Below, piece after piece: positions 1-7,332 of a stretch of 64,000 nucleotides of DNA. The notes beneath the pieces are model-generated. The model worked only from the letters and a program-made list of their open reading frames with translations. It was not told the DNA's origin and searched no databases. How positions within the stretch are numbered: position 1 is the first letter of the stretch; every line of letters starts with the position of its first letter. A program made the position numbers and the translations under genes. Source of the stretch: Promethearchaeota archaeon (GTDB lineage Archaea > Asgardarchaeota > Lokiarchaeia > Sigyniarchaeales > SOKP01); assembly GCA_048941285.1 (NCBI GenBank), contig JBHLNS010000012.1, forward strand, positions 8,859-72,858, in the 5' to 3' direction.

Positions 1-447
1 AGCACTTCTCATAGACAAAATGCTTTCTATAGATTTGAAAAGGTTCTTCATGATTTATTAGAACAAAAGCTTCCTACCACTGAAGAATATCAAAACGCAT
101 TTGTGAAGGAAATTGAAATGATGTTTAGAAATTCTATAGTAAATATTAAAGAAGAATATGCTACCTATTGTTTTGTTGTTTCACATTTTCTTCAAGTTCC
201 TTTCTATGTCTATGCATATAATATGGCTAATCTTTTAGTAATTTCAATTTATCAATTATATCTTGAGCAAAAGGAAGAATTTGTACCAAAATATCTAAAA
301 TTGCTGTGTATTGGGAGTTCACTTTCTCCAGAGGAAATGCTGTCTGAAATTGGCATAAATTTAAATGATCCATCATTTTGGGCAAAAGGAATTAAGTTTC
401 TTTCGGATAAAATTGATGAGTTAGAATCTTTAGTTCAAAAAAATTAA
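1..447 (+). CDS. M3 family oligoendopeptidase F, C-terminal part (runs off the window start)
   Basis: Frame +1 is open from position 1 (STSHRQNAFYRFEKVLH...). It contains HF..PFYVYAY and Y.KLL..GSS..P.E.L..IGI.L, typical of the PepF/M3B C-terminus. Confidence 0.8.
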   Translation, partial: STSHRQNAFYRFEKVLHDLLEQKLPTTEEYQNAFVKEIEMMFRNSIVNIKEEYATYCFVVSHFLQVPFYVYAYNMANLLVISIYQLYLEQKEEFVPKYLKLLCIGSSLSPEEMLSEIGINLNDPSFWAKGIKFLSDKIDELESLVQKN

Positions 448-461
448 CTTTTTTCTTTTTT

Positions 462-2405
462 CTAAAAATTAGCCTCTAAATGTTCAATCTCAGCTAAAAA
501 TAAATCCGCAATTGTAACCCATTTTTTTTTTTCGTCAATATCACTTAAAATATTTTCTGTAAGTTCTTTGCCTTTCTTAAGATACTCTACTGCTTTTTTA
601 TAATTTTCTAGTTCTTTATAACAAATCCCTATTTTTATGTTAGTTTGATAAACATACCAATCATTACTACCAATTTTTATTGCTTTTAAGAATTCTTCAA
701 TAGCATTCTTATATTCCTTGAAAAACATTAGAATTTCACCATAACTGTCATGATATACTGCATTATTAGGAACTCGCCCTATAAGGTCTTGTATAATTTT
801 TATGGATTCTTCTTTTTGGTTTAAATATTGCAACCAAAAGGCCTTATAATTGAGAAGATCGTTGTCTTCTGGCTGCTTTTCAAGTAGTTGATCGATAATT
901 TCTAACCCAGATTTTACATTTTTCATTTCTTTAAGTACATACGCTCTTTTGACCTGAATACTTTTCTCTTCACCTGGAAATTCTAAAAGCATTTTATCTA
1001 GAAATTCTAACAATTGCTTATATTCACCTTTATCACGTAAAATTTTACTCTTAGAAAAATAAAGATCAATATTTTTGGGATTTGATTTTATAATTTCGTC
1101 AATATCTTTAATAGTATTACTAACTTCACTTTTTCTTCCGTTAAATGTAAATTCATAATCTTGGATTTCTTGCCAAATTAAACCTTCTAACTTATCATAT
1201 GTATCGACTAGCATTTTTTCTTTTTCAATTTTATATGCTAGATAATTAATATAACCTGGTAAAAATTTACGTAAAGAATTTTTTAACCCGTTATCGAAAA
1301 GATTGCCACAACTTTCCTCCAAGATAGCTGCAACTGTACTTTCCATAGTAAATGGAGATATTTCATTAGGTGTAGCTCCATATAAATTATTCAAATAAGA
1401 AAACCTAGTAATGTGATCCTCTACAATTGCATTTAGCATCCGTTCTAATTTCTCATTTGCTTGAAAGTAATATACTTCATTTTCGCTAAGTTCCAATTTA
1501 AAAAATTTGATTGGAAAAATATCTTCTTCAACTATTCTTAGTATAATAAAATTGAGTTTAACATAATTCAAATTATATTTTTTAGAAAAATCCTCTGAAG
1601 AAATATAAAAAGGATATTGATCCGGATGATTTATTGCTAGAAATAATAAAATTTTATGAAATTCTTCTTCTATTTCTAAAGAAGATTCTACTTTTTCATA
1701 TGGTAATTTTAGTACATTATTTAGAAAACGAAATTTTATATTTTCATCTTTTATCTTATATTTCTTAAAGAAGTTAATTGTAGTTTTGGTTATTTCTTTA
1801 ATGCGTTTACCTTCTTCCTCAAGGATCGATTGTCTGTCTAAATCATATAATCTTAACATATTTGAGTATTCTAATTTCCCTAGTTGGGTAATCCTATATT
1901 TTTTATCTTCTTTTTGGACATAGTCTTGATTTATTAACAAATTCATGTTTTTTGATAATGAAGATTGATTTATCTTCAGTGGGGTGTTAAGAAAATCCGC
2001 CCATTTACAAAAATTATTATTAAATAACATCCAGAGGATCCAATGATTATAGTTTCGCTTTCTAAGAATCGCACCAGGAGGAAAACTTAACTGTCTTCTT
2101 TTACCTTTAGATTGAGTTAATTCATAAAATCGATTTCTGCCTTTAGATGTAATTTGATATTTATTATAAGCACTTTTATTGATATAATCATTTTCAATTA
2201 AGGTTTTTAAATAATTATATAGAGTGGATTTGGAGAATATTTGGTTAGATTCCAAATTTTTAATTTCTAAAAAGTTAGCGCTTGAGCAAGATTCATTATT
2301 ATTTAACATCCAAAGTATAATAAGTTCAAATTTAGGCTTACTAATCCTGGAAGGGGGTTCTAAAATTTCTTTGGGAGGATAATTGATTATGTTTGCATTA
2401 ATCAA
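462..2405 (-). CDS. Tandem winged-helix + C-terminal TPR protein, putative transcriptional regulator
   Basis: Two similar N-terminal units (ILWML.NN..C...F...S.S.L...L..LI..DY..K....Y.IT..G) resemble wHTH domains. About the last 200 aa are TPR repeats. TTG start. Confidence 0.75.
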   Translation of the reverse strand: MINANIINYPPKEILEPPSRISKPKFELIILWMLNNNESCSSANFLEIKNLESNQIFSKSTLYNYLKTLIENDYINKSAYNKYQITSKGRNRFYELTQSKGKRRQLSFPPGAILRKRNYNHWILWMLFNNNFCKWADFLNTPLKINQSSLSKNMNLLINQDYVQKEDKKYRITQLGKLEYSNMLRLYDLDRQSILEEEGKRIKEITKTTINFFKKYKIKDENIKFRFLNNVLKLPYEKVESSLEIEEEFHKILLFLAINHPDQYPFYISSEDFSKKYNLNYVKLNFIILRIVEEDIFPIKFFKLELSENEVYYFQANEKLERMLNAIVEDHITRFSYLNNLYGATPNEISPFTMESTVAAILEESCGNLFDNGLKNSLRKFLPGYINYLAYKIEKEKMLVDTYDKLEGLIWQEIQDYEFTFNGRKSEVSNTIKDIDEIIKSNPKNIDLYFSKSKILRDKGEYKQLLEFLDKMLLEFPGEEKSIQVKRAYVLKEMKNVKSGLEIIDQLLEKQPEDNDLLNYKAFWLQYLNQKEESIKIIQDLIGRVPNNAVYHDSYGEILMFFKEYKNAIEEFLKAIKIGSNDWYVYQTNIKIGICYKELENYKKAVEYLKKGKELTENILSDIDEKKKWVTIADLFLAEIEHLEANF

Positions 2406-2466
2406 GGTGGTCCCTAAATAAATTTTTTTATTATAAGTTTACGGAGGAGAAAATTCTATAAAAATG

Positions 2467-2498
2467 TATGGATTCCAAAACATTTATAGGAGTCCATA
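2467..2498. promoter_or_regulatory. Palindromic operator candidate bracketing a TATA-like box
   Basis: TATGGATTCC-N12-GGAGTCCATA (9/10 inverted match), with TTTATA at 2483-2488 in the spacer. Outer arms are AATTCTATA (2452-2460) and TATAGAATT (2497-2505). Confidence 0.5.
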
Positions 2499-2629
2499 TA
2501 GAATTCAATACAAAAAACCATAAAAAAAAATCTAATCTAATAATAAATCATACAAGAAAAATTAAATCACTAAATTGATCTTTTTAAAATTCTTTGAAGT
2601 TTCCCTATGAGATGAGGTAAAAAAAATAT

Positions 2630-2666
2630 GGGAGAGATGGGCAGCTAATTGAGGGAGAGATGGGCA
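2630..2666 (+). repeat. Perfect 14-bp direct repeat GGGAGAGATGGGCA, two copies
   Basis: Copies at 2630-2643 and 2653-2666 (23-nt period), GC-rich against an AT-rich background. Confidence 0.85.
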
Positions 2667-2677
2667 ATAGGTTTAAC

Positions 2678-2722
2678 AGAGAGCTCTGTTGTTTGGGAAA
2701 CAAACAACATTTTGAGCTCTCT
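2678..2722. other. Strong stem-loop, candidate structured RNA element
   Basis: AGAGAGCTC-TGTTGTTTG-[GGAAA]-CAAACAACA-[TTTT bulge]-GAGCTCTCT gives 18 perfect base pairs. Confidence 0.7.
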
Positions 2723-3055
2723 ATTCCTTAAATAACCTAAACGAGAATAATCTAATAGTTCTAAAGAACAGAATAGAAAATATTCTAACCTAATTGGGCG
2801 AATAACTGCCCACAATCCCACTGTTTATGAATTAAAATATTAAAATCATTATAGATCACATTTTCTATAAAAGATATATTCTTTAAAAAAATCCAAAGAT
2901 ATGGTTAATCATAACGAATTTTAATTTAAAATTTTGGAATTTTTAGATATTAATTCTAATGGATTATTAAACTAATAAAAGAAAATTTTATATTTTTATA
3001 AATCTAATCTTACATTAAATAATATTCTCAAGTACTATTTGTGTAAAGCATTCTT

Positions 3056-3616
3056 ATGAGTGGTTCAGGGGCAAAATTTAATTTTAAAATAACTGTAGTT
3101 GGAGATGGAAGAGTTGGAAAAACATCTCTTATTAAGAAATTTACACAAGGTGGATTTCAAGAGGATTATATCAAGACAATAGGGGCTCAGTTTTCTGTAT
3201 TCCTAAAAGAAATCAATGATGACGATATTAAATTATTATTTTGGGATATTGCAGGTCAAGATGATTTCAATTTTTTGCGTCCATCTTTTTTTAAAAATAG
3301 TAGAGCTGCGATAATAGTATATAGTCTTGAGGAAAATGATCTTGGTGAAGAAAGTTTCAACCATATCTCAAATTGGTATAATGACATCATTCAATTTTGT
3401 GGTAAAATTCCTGTAGTTTTATTTGCTAATAAAGTCGATTTAATTGATGAAAATAGTTTAGATACATCAATTATTCAAAAAATAGTAAATAAACATAAAT
3501 TTTTAGACTATTATATAACCTCAGCAAAAACAGGAAAAGGTGTCGTTGATGCATTTAATGCAATTATTAATGTATTATATGAGAAATATAAAGCTTTATC
3601 ATCTGATATGGAATGA
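3056..3616 (+). CDS. Ras-superfamily (Rab-like) small GTPase
   Basis: G1 GDGRVGKT, G2 TIG, G3 WDIAGQ, G4 NKVD and G5 TSAK are all present. No C-terminal prenylation Cys. Confidence 0.95.
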   Translation: MSGSGAKFNFKITVVGDGRVGKTSLIKKFTQGGFQEDYIKTIGAQFSVFLKEINDDDIKLLFWDIAGQDDFNFLRPSFFKNSRAAIIVYSLEENDLGEESFNHISNWYNDIIQFCGKIPVVLFANKVDLIDENSLDTSIIQKIVNKHKFLDYYITSAKTGKGVVDAFNAIINVLYEKYKALSSDME

Positions 3617-3863
3617 TCTAATTCATCAGGGGAAAAATTCTGTATGAAATCACTTTTTTTATAAATTGGATATAAAATTTCCCTGATTTTCTAACACCGC
3701 CAAGTACATTTTTAATTAAATAACTAAAATCCTTTTAACATTTGTCCAATATAAGTCTGAGATTCCAATTAAAGTTCAGTACAGTAAACTAAAAATACAA
3801 TCTTGATCTAATTATATTTATAGTCCAACATAAGAAAAATTGTTGTTAAGGAGGTGTTGAAAT

Positions 3864-4130
3864 CTGACTGAGAGTAAGCAAAATATAGTTTCCAATTTTA
3901 AGGAATTCTTCTATATATTTTACAAAGAAGAAGCCAAAGAAGAATTGAAGGATGTAAAAGAAAATACTCAATTTAAGGAATTTAAGACTTTAAATAAAAA
4001 AAGTGCTTCTACTAATAATGAAGTAGACCTTATAGAGAAGAAGAGGGCATTAAAAAGATGGAAACAATCTTTTAGTTATTATTGTTTGCATCCTGATAAA
4101 TTCAGGTTTGGAATAAAAGATTTAAAATAA
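3864..4130 (+). CDS. Small hypothetical protein, probable CTG start (MTESKQNIVSNFKEFF...)
   Basis: The track ORF 3945..4130 extends in frame to CTG at 3864, which lies 7 nt after a GGAGGTG Shine-Dalgarno. An in-frame TGA sits at 3858. Confidence 0.55.
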   Translation: MTESKQNIVSNFKEFFYIFYKEEAKEELKDVKENTQFKEFKTLNKKSASTNNEVDLIEKKRALKRWKQSFSYYCLHPDKFRFGIKDLK

Positions 4131-4152
4131 CAAAATGGGGGGTGTATGAAAA

Positions 4153-4407
4153 ATGGTCCAAGTTTTAGATAAAAATAAAGAACTTAAGCATAGTCTAGTT
4201 TTGGAAGAAATTATAATTTTAGAAGAACTCCCTATAGAAGGGGAGTATGTCGAGGAATCTAAAGTTATCGAACATAAGAAACCACCAAAAAGAGTTTTAT
4301 CAAAATTATTAAAAAAAGCAAAATTAAACGCTAATTATCTTAAAGAAATAGAAAGAATTGAAGATGTAAAAAACAAATTGAATTATAGAAATCGAGCAAT
4401 TTTCTAG
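4153..4407 (+). CDS. Small hypothetical protein (acidic N-terminus, basic C-terminus)
   Basis: 84-aa ORF with a GGGGGTG SD-like motif upstream, following the previous small ORF. Confidence 0.6.
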   Translation: MVQVLDKNKELKHSLVLEEIIILEELPIEGEYVEESKVIEHKKPPKRVLSKLLKKAKLNANYLKEIERIEDVKNKLNYRNRAIF

Positions 4408-4588
4408 AATTTTAATCTTAAGCCTTTTATTTTAAAAAAATATAAATAAAAAAATGTAGAAAATCTATCAGTAATATTTTTTCTTTAATCTTTTTCTGAG
4501 AAGAATTAGGAAGTTTTTAAATATGACCTAACCATTTATTAATATAGCAATTTTAAAGCGAAATCTAAAATTAATAGAGGTTATAAAA

Positions 4589-4816
4589 ATGAGTAAAAAT
4601 TTAGAAGAAATAATTAATCAAAAATTTGGAGAAACTTACGGTCCAAAAATTAAGAAAGCATTGAAAGATGGATTAGAAGCTAATGATACTGAAGAACAAT
4701 TGAAAAAGCGCTTATTGGGGGCTATTATTGACCCAACCCAAGTTAATCAAGAGCAAGCTAACGCAGTTTTCGATCTTGTTATTGTAGCTGAATGGATCAC
4801 TTTTCGATCTCTATAG
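4589..4816 (+). CDS. 75-aa peptide, candidate RiPP precursor
   Basis: GAGGT SD at 4577-4581 and TATA-like TTTTTAAATA at 4514-4523. Charged helical N-terminal part, hydrophobic C-terminal tail (AVFDLVIVAEWITFRSL). Lies 72 nt upstream of a radical SAM gene. The CDS is well supported; the RiPP role is inference. Confidence 0.7.
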   Translation: MSKNLEEIINQKFGETYGPKIKKALKDGLEANDTEEQLKKRLLGAIIDPTQVNQEQANAVFDLVIVAEWITFRSL

Positions 4817-4828
4817 AAATAACTCCCA

Positions 4829-4855
4829 TTTTTCTTTTTATAATTTTTTCTTTTT
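4829..4855 (+). terminator. Oligo-T tract between the peptide gene and the radical SAM gene
   Basis: TTTTTCTTTTTATAATTTTTTCTTTTT resembles an archaeal T-rich terminator. Confidence 0.4.
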
Positions 4856-4888
4856 GGATTAAGAAATTTCTAAAATTAGATTTTACAT

Positions 4889-7156
4889 GTGTATTTGAAA
4901 TGTAATATTATAAGTGAATTTCTATTGAATGAGAATTATCTGGATATACTGATGGTTTTTCCTTCTGGTGGAGATTTTTATGTTCCTAATTTTACCTACA
5001 ATTTAGGTGCAGCATATATAATAGCATATTTAAGGAAAAATGGATATGCTGCTGAACAGTTCATTGCAAATCAATCTTACAATGTAGAAGAATGCGTTAA
5101 ATTATTATTAAAGTATAATCCAAAAATTATTGGTTTTACTGTTTATGATAGTAATTATATGCAATGTGCTTTGATAAGTAATGGATTGAAAGCCGTTAAT
5201 TCTGAAGTTCTTATCATTTTTGGAGGACCTACTCCTAGTGTGCAATCTAGACAAATTTTAGAAAGAGTGAAAAGCGTTGATATCTGTGTTAAATGGGAAG
5301 GGGAGGAAACACTTCTTTCATTATTAAACCAATTATCACAAAATGAATTCAAATTAAAAAATGTCGCTCTATTAAATATTAAAGGTATCTCATTTAGGAT
5401 TGAAGGTAAAATTGTTATAAATCCTGATTCTCATGTGTTATTGCAAAATAGGTCCATCGATAATTATTTAGACAATTATCCATCTCCTTATCTTACAAAA
5501 ATAATTCCAACTTCAGAAGCAGCCCGCACGGGGATGATCACTGCAAGAGGTTGTAATCAAAATTGTATTTATTGCAATAGTGCGGTTATCAGCAATAGAA
5601 ACATCTTCTTTCATTCAATAGATAGAGTTATTGAAGAGTTGGAACTTCTCAATAAAAATTCAGATTTTATCGGGCCTGTTCCAATTATGGATGATGCTTT
5701 TACAATAATCCCAGATAGAGCAAGAAAGATATGTGAAAAAATAATTGAAAATAAGATTAATATTCCATTAAGCTTCATAACTCGATGTGACAAGATTACT
5801 GAAGATTTACTAGACCTTATGAAGCAAGCGGGCTTTATGTCTGTTGGATTCTCTCTAGAAAGTGCTGTTCCGAGGGTCTTAAGAACGCTAGGCAAGGTAA
5901 ATCCTCCAGATAGCAAAACAGATTTTAACAAGGAGAAGGAATTCATTGAAAGATTGAAAAGAATGACTAGTTATGCGAAAAAGATAGGGTTTAGCCCCGT
6001 ATTTGTCAGTATAATGGTAGGTTTACCTGGTGAATCACTTAAAGATGCAAAAAAAACAATGAAGCTAGTAAGTCAATTAAACATGGATTTCTATGCCCAT
6101 AATTATCTACATATTTTTCAGGGGACTCCTCTCTATCAAAATCATTTAAAATATGGATACGAAATAACTCCATGGGGGAAAAATAATAACGTCATAACAC
6201 ATAATAACTTCCCATTTGATATCAACAAGATAAAATTAGCACCAAAATCTGAAATGGAGAGTAATCGTAAGGTTATTGATTATAAAAATCAAAAAATAAT
6301 GTCATTAAAACCCAAACGAGTGGATTTGAAACCTTATTTTGATAATGTAATTATTAACTCAGATATTATAAAGGATAATTTAGTCAAATGGATACAAGAT
6401 AACCTTAAAATAAATGGAACAATCATTCATCTTTATTCAAATAGAAAGAATTTCGACAAAAATAATATAAAAAATAATCAGGTCCTATATAACGATTTAT
6501 CACCAACTATGTTTTATGAATGCTACTTCAGGGAATATTCAAGGAAAAAGTCTATTTTCAAATCAAAGATAATATCTTCATTAGGTGATCAAATTGGTTT
6601 ATCTATTGTATTAAAAAACACTAATGTAGCTTTAGAAGAATACAAAATAGGTAAAACTAATATGGAAAACACAATTTGTATAGATCGCGATGTTATTGAC
6701 AGCCAATCACTTTACAATTATTTAATTAGGGTATTCAATAGTAAGGATCGTCTTAATTATTTACTAAAAAGCGCTCCATTGCCTCACTTTCAAAGTTTAT
6801 GCAGATGGACCAGTGCCTACGCAAATTGTAAAAAATTAGAAACAGTAATTATAGATCATGAAGACAATGTTAGATTTTGCTGGCAAATGGACCCAATCGG
6901 AAAAGTGGGAGATAATTTTAATAAAATCATAGAAAAATTACTCCAAATACATGAGGAACAAGTAAAAATAAGAGAATGTATTAGTTGTATTAGATATGAG
7001 ACTTGTATAAAATGTCCATTTACTAACCCTTTATCAATTGAGGAATATTGCGAATTGAAACGTAAAAATAATACAATCAAATCCACTAAAATAATTAATT
7101 CTGTTGATATATTAAAAGATTTAATGTATAAGCAGATTAATCGATTTGATTTCTAA
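4889..7156 (+). CDS. B12-binding radical SAM protein with C-terminal Cys-rich SPASM-like domain
   Basis: N-terminal cobalamin-binding domain (NLGAAYIIAYL...GFTV...FGGPTPS...WEGEE), RGCNQNCIYC (CxxxCxxC), GLPGES, and C-terminal CRW-X6-C...C...CISC-X5-CIKC...YC. The true start may be a few codons downstream. Confidence 0.9.
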   Translation: MYLKCNIISEFLLNENYLDILMVFPSGGDFYVPNFTYNLGAAYIIAYLRKNGYAAEQFIANQSYNVEECVKLLLKYNPKIIGFTVYDSNYMQCALISNGLKAVNSEVLIIFGGPTPSVQSRQILERVKSVDICVKWEGEETLLSLLNQLSQNEFKLKNVALLNIKGISFRIEGKIVINPDSHVLLQNRSIDNYLDNYPSPYLTKIIPTSEAARTGMITARGCNQNCIYCNSAVISNRNIFFHSIDRVIEELELLNKNSDFIGPVPIMDDAFTIIPDRARKICEKIIENKINIPLSFITRCDKITEDLLDLMKQAGFMSVGFSLESAVPRVLRTLGKVNPPDSKTDFNKEKEFIERLKRMTSYAKKIGFSPVFVSIMVGLPGESLKDAKKTMKLVSQLNMDFYAHNYLHIFQGTPLYQNHLKYGYEITPWGKNNNVITHNNFPFDINKIKLAPKSEMESNRKVIDYKNQKIMSLKPKRVDLKPYFDNVIINSDIIKDNLVKWIQDNLKINGTIIHLYSNRKNFDKNNIKNNQVLYNDLSPTMFYECYFREYSRKKSIFKSKIISSLGDQIGLSIVLKNTNVALEEYKIGKTNMENTICIDRDVIDSQSLYNYLIRVFNSKDRLNYLLKSAPLPHFQSLCRWTSAYANCKKLETVIIDHEDNVRFCWQMDPIGKVGDNFNKIIEKLLQIHEEQVKIRECISCIRYETCIKCPFTNPLSIEEYCELKRKNNTIKSTKIINSVDILKDLMYKQINRFDF

Positions 7157-7332
7157 TTAATTTATAAAATAAATATTTATATTTGAAAGAGAGATGAAGA
7201 AAAATGATTACTACAAAGTCTTTTAAACCAATTTTTCTTCTTTTTTCAAAAGAGTTCGAAAAATTTTTGTATTTAAAATTTCGAGATATCCATTAATTCA
7301 AATACTTGTGAGAAAAAAGGGAGATAATAAAA

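Noticed and set aside
2630-2666. Direct repeat considered as a CRISPR array
   Set aside because: Only two 14-bp copies with a 9-nt spacer, and no cas genes.
2678-2722. Hairpin considered as a SECIS element or tRNA
   Set aside because: It has no AUGA/GA quartet or cloverleaf, and no neighbouring gene has an in-frame TGA at a Cys-equivalent position.
3625-3687. Imperfect inverted repeat ATCAGGGGAAAAATT / AATTTCCCTGAT after the first GTPase
   Set aside because: Single copy with short imperfect arms and no target-site duplication. It could be a terminator-associated structure but cannot be supported as a MITE.
5155-7086. Antisense ORFs inside the radical SAM gene (5155..5352, 5611..5946, 6856..7086)
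   Set aside because: Shadow ORFs fully overlapping a well-supported CDS, with no motifs.
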